Part shown: positions 32,220-41,620 of the stretch, one piece after another | Layout of the letters: each line of letters opens with the position of its first letter | Numbering within the stretch: position 1 is the stretch's first letter | Source of the DNA: Sedimentisphaerales bacterium | GTDB lineage: Bacteria; Planctomycetota; Phycisphaerae; Sedimentisphaerales; SM23-30 | DNA: 64,000 nt | Reading direction: 5' to 3' | NCBI GenBank assembly: GCA_963663965.2 | Contig: CAXXFK010000016.1 | Span: 15,525-79,524 of the forward strand | Notes under the pieces: model-generated | The model's database searches: none | Told to the model about the DNA's origin: nothing | What the model saw: the letters and a program-made list of their open reading frames with translations, nothing else | Translations under genes and position numbers: made by a program

Positions 32220-34524
32220 TGAATGATTTCTCCTCAGTCAGTAAGGGATTTTCAGCTAGTCGCAACTCCAGAAGCGCCTGGAGAAAGGCCAATGTCGCCT
32301 CAGCGCCCTGGTTTTCATTCACACTGTCTGGATGCAATCCATCCCGACAGCCCCCCGTGGTTGGGTCATAGACAGGTAAATTCAAGTCATTGCGCCCGAG
32401 GAACCAATCGAAGATAAGGCGGGCTTCCTTGCGCCAACGAGCATCGATGGTGATCCGATATGCTTCGAGACAGGCCGAGACCATCGTCTGCGTCTCGACT
32501 GGTTGTTGATCGAACCTGGCTTTCTCACCATTTTTTGGGTAAAAACCATTGGATCCGACTGGAACAAAATATCCCGTATTCGAATGCTGTAAATCGGCCA
32601 GCCAACTTAACGACTCCAATCCTGCTTCTACCATGCTGGCATTAGGTATTGCCTGACCGCATAAGAGCAAGGCATGCGGTAACGCGGCGTTACAATAAGT
32701 TAACGCCTCCTCGTACCATCGCCATTTATCCGAACGGTTATGTTGATAAAGCGAAAACAATCGCTCGGCTAATTCATCCCGCACTTGACCGGTTCGTCTG
32801 TCGCCGGAAAAACGATGCAGGTATTCCTGAATGCCAATAATTGCGAAAGCCCAGGCTCGGGGACTGGTGGTGCTGAGTATAGACGGCAATGCCTGCTCGA
32901 ATACCCATCCTGCCATTCTTTGCAAAACAGGTGTATATGAGCGGTTCAACACGGAACCCAACGCCCACAAGGTGCGGCCCTGACTGTCATCGGAACCGGC
33001 CTCTTCCAGCCAGTGGCGCTGGTAATCCATAAAGTTGCGGAACCGGCCGGTGTCCACATTGAATGCATACCAGATATAGGCAAGATAACGGGTGCTTAAC
33101 TCTAAGGCGGCCTCATTGCCCAAGACCTCCAAATACGTACTCACTATCAAGGCCCTGGCGTTGTCGTCAATACTGTAACCCTCGCGATAGTTCGGAACGA
33201 TGAACGTGGCATGTTGCAACATGCCGGTGTCATCGGTCATCTGTCGCAGATGATCAAGTTTGACGATTGGCAATTCGGTCGGACGTTTATCGAGGGGCTT
33301 GACCGCGAAACCGGCCGGTATGAAATGGCGCCGTTCAACGCGGGCACGCTCAAAACTCGCTATATATTGATGCGCCACTTCTGGCCAGATCATCTTGCGT
33401 CCAAACAGATAAGCCCGTTTACGCATGGCGTGTCGCTGGGATTCATTGTCTAAAAGGCTGATAACCTGCCCGGCCAGAACTGCCGGATCTCGAAACGGCA
33501 CCAGCAAACCCCGCCCCTCTGCCAGCAACTCTTGGGCATACCAATACGGCGTCGATATCATTGCCTTGCCTGCTCCCAGGGTATAGGCAAGGGTGCCCGA
33601 TGTAATTTGTGCTTCATTAAGATACGGTGTGATATAAATATCGGCCGCGCTAATGAACTGCACCAGTTCTTCCAAACTGACAAAGCGGTTATAAAAAATA
33701 ACCTGACCTTCCACCCCTTTCTCATGGGCCAGCCATTGCAGGGATTGCCGGTATATCTCGCCTTCATGCTGAACGACATGGGGATGAGTTGCACCCAGGA
33801 TAATATACACCACATTCGGATAACGGCTTAAAATGTCGGGCAAGGCGGCAATAACATGTTCATAGCCTTTGCTCGCTGAAAGCAGTCCAAAACTGAGCAA
33901 GACGGTTTTTCCCTCAACACCAAACAAGTCCTTATAAAAACTTGGATCCACAAAGGGCACATCGGGAATGCCATGCGGGATCTGGTCGATCTTCTCAGGT
34001 CGAACGCCGTAAATCTCATGCAATAATTCCACGCCGTGATTGCTCATAACTACCAGGCGGTCAGACAATGCCGCAACTTCTTCCAAAACACGTTTTTGAC
34101 TTGGATTCGGTGTACGCAAAATAGTATGCAATGTTGTAACGACAGGCATTCGCAATTCTCGCAAGAGCGACAGGATATGACTACCCGCTTGTCCGCCAAA
34201 AATGCCATATTCATGTTGCAGAGATACGATGTCTACGTTGTTGATATTCAAGAAATCAGCCGCTCGTCGATAGGAATCTATATCTTTTTCCGTAAGTTCA
34301 AACCGAACGCGAGGTGGATAAGGATAACCACCTGCAACATCATTGACCGGCAAGGCGATGCAGGAGGTTTCGCGATATTGACTGGCTATGGCCTCGCACA
34401 AATCTGTTGTAAATGTGGCGATACCACATAATCGCGGCAGATAGTTACCGATAAATGCAATTCGACTGAGAGTTGAATTGGATAGATGGTCTATAGCGAA
34501 CCTCTTTTCTGGCAGCCAGTGCAT
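32200..34524 (-). CDS. GT4 glycosyltransferase fused to a six-hairpin glycosidase-like domain (start uncertain)
   Basis: YLPRLCGIATFT, QHEYGIFGG and SGTLAY. C-terminal domain has DDNARAL, FDQQP and NENQGAE. Confidence 0.9.
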   Translation of the reverse strand: MHWLPEKRFAIDHLSNSTLSRIAFIGNYLPRLCGIATFTTDLCEAIASQYRETSCIALPVNDVAGGYPYPPRVRFELTEKDIDSYRRAADFLNINNVDIVSLQHEYGIFGGQAGSHILSLLRELRMPVVTTLHTILRTPNPSQKRVLEEVAALSDRLVVMSNHGVELLHEIYGVRPEKIDQIPHGIPDVPFVDPSFYKDLFGVEGKTVLLSFGLLSASKGYEHVIAALPDILSRYPNVVYIILGATHPHVVQHEGEIYRQSLQWLAHEKGVEGQVIFYNRFVSLEELVQFISAADIYITPYLNEAQITSGTLAYTLGAGKAMISTPYWYAQELLAEGRGLLVPFRDPAVLAGQVISLLDNESQRHAMRKRAYLFGRKMIWPEVAHQYIASFERARVERRHFIPAGFAVKPLDKRPTELPIVKLDHLRQMTDDTGMLQHATFIVPNYREGYSIDDNARALIVSTYLEVLGNEAALELSTRYLAYIWYAFNVDTGRFRNFMDYQRHWLEEAGSDDSQGRTLWALGSVLNRSYTPVLQRMAGWVFEQALPSILSTTSPRAWAFAIIGIQEYLHRFSGDRRTGQVRDELAERLFSLYQHNRSDKWRWYEEALTYCNAALPHALLLCGQAIPNASMVEAGLESLSWLADLQHSNTGYFVPVGSNGFYPKNGEKARFDQQPVETQTMVSACLEAYRITIDARWRKEARLIFDWFLGRNDLNLPVYDPTTGGCRDGLHPDSVNENQGAEATLAFLQALLELRLAENPLLTEEKSFNEIPIS

Positions 34525-34713
34525 TGGTATGCTTTCTGGTCCATAAAAATGGCCTGGCAAACTGGATCTGGCCACTTTTTGCGAGGGTATTATGCCAAAC
34601 TGCCCGCATTTTACATTTCGACGCTTAATTTCTTTCAGGACTGACACAACCCTGAGAAACGCATTGCCATTTGTGATTATAGAACAATTCTACCTATTAG
34701 AACAGATTTAAAT

Positions 34714-34985
34714 GGTTCTTCCGAAAAATGAGTAGTTCATGTTGCAAAAAAAGAGACATGACTTTACGGTTTGAGGAAAAAAATAAAACCTCATATTAGG
34801 AGCTAAAGTCATGTCCACAAGTATGTTGTATCATACTTGTGGTGTTCGGGGTGTTCAATATCAAAAAACAGAATATTTTTGCGGACAAAAGCGTGATTCA
34901 CGGGATCCTGCCGGCGGATAGTCTGCGTTGCCCTTGTTGCAACTTCCGTAATTTAATTTACTTCGGTCACAAAGGCCCGGAGGTT
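34714..34985 (+). mobile_element. ISL3-family remnant (left end plus transposase 5' fragment)
   Basis: GGTTCTT terminus at 34714. ATG 34811 gives MSTSMLYHTCGVRGVQYQKTEY, continuing after a frameshift into the Zn finger LRCPCC, then truncated. Confidence 0.7.
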
Positions 34986-35590
34986 TTCCCTGGTGCCCGC
35001 CGGCTTGCGTCAAATGGACTTGCTGGTCACGGCCGGGTGGCCTCGGCTATGTGTCCCGGGTGGCATCTATAAAGAGCTCGAAGTCAAGACAAAAAAACTC
35101 CGTTCTCACAAAATTCTGTTTTATTTCGAGAACAATCCTTCGTTAGCCAACAGGGCCGGCGACGGAATGGGAACCCAAATGGCGTTCCGTTTGGTGCGAC
35201 AGATTGATTATAACATATCGACAATTATGATAAATATGTTGTCATGCATCTATCAGAGACTGACGCCTGTCGTGGGCCGGTAAGCCCGGCGCCGTCCAAT
35301 CTAATCATTGCGACACAGCAAAAACATACTGCCGGCAGGGTGGCCTCGGTTAGTCCAGGCTGTCCGGGGTGCCATCTACAAGCGAAACGCAGTGTTTGTG
35401 GGTGCAATAACGCTTCGATTGAAACAGACTGATAATGGAAGATTGGCTATGACACGAAACAGGAACGGACTCATGTAGACGAATAACGGCTATCGTAAGA
35501 AACGGCGTGCGTTCAATAAGCTGGGGCATTCGCATGAGCTGACTTTCAGCCAGGCAGCATGGGCAAAACAAGTTTTACCCATTCTACGGG

Positions 35591-35647
35591 CTGGCGTTCC
35601 TAAAGAAATATGAAATCGAGTACGATGAACAATTGATCTGGAAATAA
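35591..35647 (+). pseudogene. 3' tail of an IS200/TnpA (Y1 HUH)-like transposase
   Basis: LAFLKKYEIEYDEQLIWK* resembles the FLKKxxIEYDERYxW C-terminus of this family and is followed by REP-like palindromes. Confidence 0.6.
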
Positions 35648-35691
35648 CGAGTTACGCATACAATCGCCGACCGGTGGATTGAATGGATCGG

Positions 35692-35960
35692 CGGCCCGCA
35701 GGGCCAGTCTAACTCAGCCCAGGCAGAGGTCAGGCCGCACCGGCGGCCGGACCGGCACCCTGGGTTAAGGGATGTGTGCATTGTTTGTTTTGTTTTTCCA
35801 ATCACGCCCTGCCAAGGGCAGTATAATAACGGAATCCGTTGACCAAAGAGTAAACAGTTATATTATATTGCCCCTGCGGGGTGAATATGGTAAAAACCGG
35901 TCATGGTCCCAAGGCGTTGCCCTCATAGGTTGAGGTATGCTGGCCCCGCCTGAGGCGGAT
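35692..35960. repeat. Nested inverted-repeat (REPIN/MITE-like) element
   Basis: Outer arms GGGCCAGTCTAACTCAGCCCA vs reverse-complemented GGGCCAGCATACCTCAACCTA. Inner arms GGGCAGTATAATA vs GGGCAATATAATA. Each arm carries a small GC hairpin. Confidence 0.7.
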
Positions 35961-36205
35961 CTTCGACCTGCGGGCCGGGGAAACGGTGCGCCGACCATTA
36001 ACCCAGTCCCGTAGCCTGGACGGCCTTGGCCAGACTGTCCTGGCCTTTAAGCAAAGCGCAGCGAAGCTTATGGGGGGCAAGGTGACAAGCCAGAAAGACG
36101 AACCAATAAAACCAGTGATAACAAATAGAGCAATAATACCCTGATAGAAATTTACCAAACAATGAATCAAAATTCCAACCAGCCATAAAAACAAAGGAGC
36201 CCGAT

Positions 36206-36514
36206 ATGCCGCACCATCAACGAACCATCTTTTCGCTCTCCGCCGTGTTGATCCTGACCATTCTGACCCTGTTGCCCCGGCCGGCCGAGGGCGCCGACCG
36301 GATTGTGGACCAGTACGGCGAACCGGTCGGCCAGGCCGCCCTCCGGCTGGAAATTGCCCCGCCTGACGGCGGCGAGTCTCGCACCATCACCGTCACTACC
36401 GACCCCGCCGGCCAGTTCACCGCCGGCCCGCCCGGAACCACCTACCGCCTGACCGCCATCACCCGCAACGGCTACCGGCTGTTCGACGAGAACCCCGGCG
36501 GCCAGCATTTATGA
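36206..36514 (+). pseudogene. Probably truncated exported protein with a carboxypeptidase-regulatory-like beta domain
   Basis: AAAGGAG RBS, signal peptide and RIVDQYGEPVGQA...TTDPAGQF. Composition switches abruptly to AT-rich at the stop. Confidence 0.5.
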
Positions 36515-36558
36515 ATCACAGTAAATACTAGTTTAAAGACATTACCTTAAAGATCTCC

Positions 36559-36672
36559 TCCCATATTTCCCATAACTCCCATTATTCCCAATCCCACCGC
36601 CATATTCACCATAACAAAATACATTTCAGTATCTTACACTCACATACGTCCCATCGGTCCCATTTGTCCCAT
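36559..36672. repeat. Two short 9-bp-period tandem repeats with a TCCCAT core
   Basis: TCCCAW at 36559, 36568, 36577 and 36586. GTCCCAT at 36648, 36657 and 36666. Confidence 0.75.
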
Positions 36673-36949
36673 ATTTATTCATAACGAAACTTAAATATAT
36701 TTGTGTTTTTATTACACAATACTATATTATTTTTTTGACTATATTGCAACACCAGTCTATAATCCCAAAGTCGCCCCAATAGCCCCCGAACCCCCAGCGT
36801 GCCCCGCACCCAACCGGCCACGCCCGCAGAGCCCCTCTGCGCATTTTTTGGGGTAGGCTGTGTGCTGGGTGCCACCCTTCAAGCTTGTGGGTGGATTTGT
36901 TGCCTTGTGAACTCCAATATGAATTGGGCTTACCAAAAAATAAAACAAC

Positions 36950-37227
36950 ATCCGCCTCAAGGCGGATACAAATAATATCTCGGAGAGATCAAAAGCGCCT
37001 AGCCCGCCAATTCATTGGCGGGAATACCCGAATCCGAAACGTATATTTTTAACCCACGCCTCGCAGAGGCGTACCTGCAGGATATCTCGCAAAAGAGATA
37101 GATAAAACCAACATGAGCGCAGCGAATACCAAATTCAAAACGAACCCAACGATGATAATAATGGCCCTAACCCCAACAACGAAATGAGCTTAACAAAAAT
37201 AATAATTTCATCCGCCACTTGGCGGAT
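36950..37227. repeat. Cluster of REP-like palindromes
   Basis: ATCCGCC-N4-GGCGGAT at 36950 and 37210, CCCGCCAAT-TC-ATTGGCGGG at 37003, and ACGCCTC-GCA-GAGGCGT at 37056. Confidence 0.75.
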
Positions 37228-37284
37228 ACCACAATTTTGCATTTTAAATTCTAAATTTTAAATTTCTAAACAGGAGGTACTACC

Positions 37285-38124
37285 ATGTCATCTTCACTCA
37301 GAAGACTACGCGCCAACCGTCGTAACGCCCAGAAATCCACCGGCCCCAAAACCCCCGAGGGCAAGGCCATCTCATCCAGAAATGCCATCAAGCACGGCCT
37401 CAGCGGCCAGGACCCCGCCCACCTCATCGTCCCCGGCGAATCCGAACTCACCTACCTCGAGTTCCGCGCCGCACTGCTGCAAGACCTCAAACCCACCACC
37501 TACCTCCAGCGCCATATCGCCGACCAGATCGTCTCGGCCGCCTGGCGACTCGAACGGATCGGCCGCATCGAAGCCGAAATGATCGACGCCCGCGTCTATC
37601 AACTCCGGCTCACCAACGAAGAAATCCGCAAAGACACCGTCATCGATCAACCCTTCGCCCATTCCAGTATCTATCTTCCCCGCCACAACGAGGTCGGTAC
37701 CGCCTTCACCCTCGAAGTCCCCGCCTTCAACTGCCTGGCCCGCTACGAAACCCACCTCAATAGAATCTTCCAGTCCAAACTCAAACTCCTGCAACAGTTG
37801 CAATTACAACAAAAACCAAACGAACCCAATGCCTACCCCCCCGAGTACCCTTACCCCGACTTACCCCGCGTCCACATTCCCGACCCGCCCAGAATCCCCA
37901 CGCACCCCAGCGAAGCCAAATTGGCCCCCGAATACATCAAAGACCGCCTGCCCGAATTGATGAAAGACCACAGCGTAACTGACGACCAGGTCTTCAGTTA
38001 CGCCTGCAACCGCTACGAAGCCCTCAACACATTCGCCAACCAGAACGGCGAAGAAGCCCTCCACGCCCTCGGCATCCCCACCAAACCCCCGGCCGATATC
38101 CCCATCCAGGAGGTTAAGAAATAA
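37285..38124 (+). CDS. Hypothetical protein of the ANRRNAQKSTGPKTPEGK family
   Basis: AGGAGG RBS, RANRRNAQKSTGPKTPEGKAISSRNAIKHGL, IVSAAWRLER and LARYETHLNR. Confidence 0.8.
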   Translation: MSSSLRRLRANRRNAQKSTGPKTPEGKAISSRNAIKHGLSGQDPAHLIVPGESELTYLEFRAALLQDLKPTTYLQRHIADQIVSAAWRLERIGRIEAEMIDARVYQLRLTNEEIRKDTVIDQPFAHSSIYLPRHNEVGTAFTLEVPAFNCLARYETHLNRIFQSKLKLLQQLQLQQKPNEPNAYPPEYPYPDLPRVHIPDPPRIPTHPSEAKLAPEYIKDRLPELMKDHSVTDDQVFSYACNRYEALNTFANQNGEEALHALGIPTKPPADIPIQEVKK

Positions 38125-38425
38125 ACTAACGCCAACCACCACAACCTGACAATCTAACCGCCGTCTTGAACAAAAAACCAATTCGGCCCAATCCAGGTGC
38201 GCAACCCCTCTTTCCCAACCTCTGGACGCAGAAGGATATTATCCCTACAATAAGTCACAAACTTATCCCGTTATAACTCTAAATCGTTTTACCATCATAT
38301 AGGATAATGATCTTTTATAGCATAAAACCAATCGACCCCGGCTCATTAATCCTTTAAGCTTGCTTTACTGCCGGCCAACTTTGTCCCTTTAATCTGTATC
38401 TTCTAACCAGGAAAGGTGCCTGAAA

Positions 38426-41176
38426 ATGAATATCTCCAATCCGAGATCCCTGTCATACCTGATCACCGGCCTGATTCTTACCAGTATGTATAATATCGCC
38501 GCATCGGGCGCGTCCAATCTCGATACAGAACCAGCAACCCTGTGGTTTAACCAGCCCGCTAAATCATTTCATGAATCATCGATCATCGGCAACGGCCGTC
38601 TCGGCGCCATGGACCTCGGCGGAATCGATCGGGATCGCATTGTTCTGAACGAATCTTCCATGTGGTCCGGCGGCCCCTACGAAGCCAACAATTACGATGC
38701 CTGGCAATGCCTCCCCGAAGTGCGCGCCCTGCTTTTTGCTGGCGATATCAAACAAGCCGGCGACATCCTCAACAAAAATTTCCGATACGCCGACGGCGTT
38801 AAAGGCTGGGGAGATGATAACCAGTTCGGTTGTTACCAGATTCTGGGCGACCTGACCCTCTATTTCGGCAATAGCTTTGATATCCAGTACACCTCACCCA
38901 GCGGCCACGCCATGGGCGACGGCAAGACCATCGATGGCTGCGTGGATAATAATTCCCAGACGAAATGGTGCGTAAAAGACGCCCGCCCTGCAGTCATCTG
39001 GCAGGCCGAGTTACCCAAACCCAGACGGGTCCGTTCCTATACCCTCACCAGTGCCGATGATGTACCGGTACGCGATCCGCAGGAATGGATTCTCGAAGCA
39101 TCCTCCGACGGTCAATCCTGGACCCTGCTGGACCGGCGCTCCTACGACAAACCATTCGATAACCGCTTCGAAACCAAACGTTTCGAAATCGCTCAACCCG
39201 GCGAATTCCGCTTCTATCGCTTCACCTTCACCCCGCGCGATTCCTACTTTCAAGTGGCCGAAATCAACCTGTCCGGCAGTCAAACCGATGAAACCACTAC
39301 GGCTTCATCAGATTACCGCCGTGAATTAAACTTGATGACAGGAGTTGCCAAGACCACTTATACCCAAAATAATGTAACCTTCACGCGTGAATTAATTGCC
39401 TCCCATCCCGACCAGGTGATCGCCCTTCGAGTCAAAGCCGATAAGCCCGGCGCCCTTGCCTTTACTGCCTCATTGTCGCGTAAAAAAGACGCCGCCATCC
39501 GGCTCGATGGTTCAATGCAGCTCATGGAAGGCCAGCTGCCTTTCAATAAACCCGGTGGCGGCGGCGAAGGCATTCGTTACCTGGCTATACTGGGAGTCAA
39601 AGTGTCCGGCGGCAAAGTCACTCCCACAGAAAAAGGCCTTCACATCGAAGGCGCTAACGAAGCCACACTGGTTGTTTCTGCCGGCACAAACATGTTCGAG
39701 CCTGAATATGCCACCATAACTCGCCGACGCCTGACTGCGGCTTTAAACCAGCCATTCACAACCCTGCAAAACAAAGCCATCGCCGACCACAATCGCTTTA
39801 TGCAACGTTGCCAACTCACCCTGCCGGCTGGCCCTGATGCCTCATTGCCCATTACCGAACGTGTCCGCCTCAATGAAAAAAATCCCGATCCTTCCCTGGC
39901 AGCCCTGTATTTCCAGTTTGGCCGCTACCTCATGGTCTGCGGTTCCCGGCCCGACTCGCAACTTCCCACCAATTTGCAGGGGATCTGGGCCGAAGAGTAT
40001 TCCACGCCCTGGCGCGGCGATTTTCACAGCAATATCAACCTTCAAATGAATTACTGGCCCGCGGAAGTCACCAATCTCTCAGACTGCCACGAGCCTTTGT
40101 TCCGATTTATCGAAGGCGTGACCCGTGAAGGCGCCAAAACCGCCAAAGCCTATTACCATGCCCCCGGCTGGATGGCCAACCATACCCAGAACCCCTGGTT
40201 TGAAACCGCCCCCAGCTACCTGCCCGCCTGTATCGGCCCCACCTGTGGTGCCTGGCTCGCCCAGCATCTCTGGACCCACTATCAGTTCACTCAGGACCAG
40301 GACTTTCTGCGTAACTGCTACCCGATTCTCAGAAGTGCCGCGGAATTCTGTTTGGCCGTTCTCGTCGAAGATCCCAAACAACACTGGTTGGTCACTTCCC
40401 CCTCCAACTCACCGGAAAATGCCTATATCTACACCGACAACAATGGCAAAAAACAAAGCACCGCTCTGTGTATTGGTGCCACCTACGATATCCAGATCAT
40501 TCGCGGCCTGTTAACCTGCACTGCCGAAGCCGCCCGTATTCTCGGCCTGGATGCCGATTTCGCCGCGAAACTCGATGCCACCCGCGCCAGACTCGCTCCC
40601 ACCCGCGTCAACAGTGCCGGCCGCATCATGGAATGGCAGGAAGACTTCGAGGAGGCCGAAATTCATCACCGTCATTGTTCCCATCTCTGGGGCCTTTATC
40701 CCGGCGACGAAATTAATCCCAATAATCCCGAATTATTCCAGGGCGCCCGCCTCTCACTGGAACGGCGCGGCGATGCCTCCACCGGTTGGTCGATGGCCTG
40801 GAAAGCCAATTTCTGGGCGCGCCTCCACGACGGAGACCGTGCCGCCAAACTGCTGGCTATGCTGATCGGACGCGGTGCCGGTAATATGATGTGCCTTCAC
40901 CCACCCTTCCAGATCGATGGCAATTTCGGTGGCTGTGCCGCGGTAGCCGAAATGCTCATCCAAAGCCATGATGGCGCTATCACCCTGTTGCCCGCACTGC
41001 CCGCCTCCTGGCCAGACGGAAAAGTCACCGGCCTGCGGGCCCGAGGCGGATTCACCGTCGATATCGAATGGAAAGATTCCCAGGTCACCCATTACCGCAT
41101 AGCGGCCCAATCGGCCCAACCCGTAACGGTTCGCGTCAACGGTAAATCTTCAACAATCAAAGCGGAAAAACTATAA
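38426..41176 (+). CDS. GH95 alpha-L-fucosidase-like protein with an inserted discoidin/F5-8 type C domain
   Basis: [45 protein letters not shown] and FQIDGNFG. Insert spans TKWC...YTLTSADD...[11 protein letters not shown]...YRFTF. Confidence 0.93.
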   Translation: MNISNPRSLSYLITGLILTSMYNIAASGASNLDTEPATLWFNQPAKSFHESSIIGNGRLGAMDLGGIDRDRIVLNESSMWSGGPYEANNYDAWQCLPEVRALLFAGDIKQAGDILNKNFRYADGVKGWGDDNQFGCYQILGDLTLYFGNSFDIQYTSPSGHAMGDGKTIDGCVDNNSQTKWCVKDARPAVIWQAELPKPRRVRSYTLTSADDVPVRDPQEWILEASSDGQSWTLLDRRSYDKPFDNRFETKRFEIAQPGEFRFYRFTFTPRDSYFQVAEINLSGSQTDETTTASSDYRRELNLMTGVAKTTYTQNNVTFTRELIASHPDQVIALRVKADKPGALAFTASLSRKKDAAIRLDGSMQLMEGQLPFNKPGGGGEGIRYLAILGVKVSGGKVTPTEKGLHIEGANEATLVVSAGTNMFEPEYATITRRRLTAALNQPFTTLQNKAIADHNRFMQRCQLTLPAGPDASLPITERVRLNEKNPDPSLAALYFQFGRYLMVCGSRPDSQLPTNLQGIWAEEYSTPWRGDFHSNINLQMNYWPAEVTNLSDCHEPLFRFIEGVTREGAKTAKAYYHAPGWMANHTQNPWFETAPSYLPACIGPTCGAWLAQHLWTHYQFTQDQDFLRNCYPILRSAAEFCLAVLVEDPKQHWLVTSPSNSPENAYIYTDNNGKKQSTALCIGATYDIQIIRGLLTCTAEAARILGLDADFAAKLDATRARLAPTRVNSAGRIMEWQEDFEEAEIHHRHCSHLWGLYPGDEINPNNPELFQGARLSLERRGDASTGWSMAWKANFWARLHDGDRAAKLLAMLIGRGAGNMMCLHPPFQIDGNFGGCAAVAEMLIQSHDGAITLLPALPASWPDGKVTGLRARGGFTVDIEWKDSQVTHYRIAAQSAQPVTVRVNGKSSTIKAEKL

Positions 41177-41218
41177 GTCCGCCCAGACCTGCAACGTTTC
41201 CTTGAAAACAGTACTTTA

Positions 41219-41491
41219 TTACGGCCGCCGGGGCAGTTCATACAATCCCTGGCCCACACTGCGAATTTTGCCCTGGCGCGCCAGTTCATTCCAGATTTCC
41301 TGCGGATACTGATTCGGCGGAGTCACCGCTGTCAATCCCCGCTCACCACCGCTTAGTGGACTGCGCCCCAGTGTACTGTTATCATCCAGCCGTTGCAACT
41401 TAAGCCGTTTTTTGAACGCCGCGTACGCCCGCTTTAATTCTGCCGGATCAAAACCACCATTAGACGACTCATTTTGCGTTATATCTGTCAT
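41219..41491 (-). CDS. Small conserved hypothetical protein (planctomycete type)
   Basis: LKRAYAAFKKRLKLQRLDD...PPNQYPQEIWNELARQGK. GGAG precedes ATG 41491. Confidence 0.7.
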   Translation of the reverse strand: MTDITQNESSNGGFDPAELKRAYAAFKKRLKLQRLDDNSTLGRSPLSGGERGLTAVTPPNQYPQEIWNELARQGKIRSVGQGLYELPRRP

Positions 41492-41620
41492 AACTAACTC
41501 CAGAATTTCAAGTTTATTAGCATGATACCTCAATTCTCACACTTTATGCATACCATAGTCGGGCCATCATAACTGATACCACCATACTATTCAACTTGAC
41601 GTCGGTTCACAACAGAAAAC

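Noticed and set aside
35960..36200. c-di-GMP-I-like riboswitch upstream of the 36206 ORF
   Set aside because: Only scattered GCAAA/GAA words. The P1/P2 pairing could not be built.
34650..37285. CRISPR array in the repeat-rich gap
   Set aside because: Repeats are palindromic, heterogeneous and irregularly spaced, with no constant repeat-spacer period and no cas genes.
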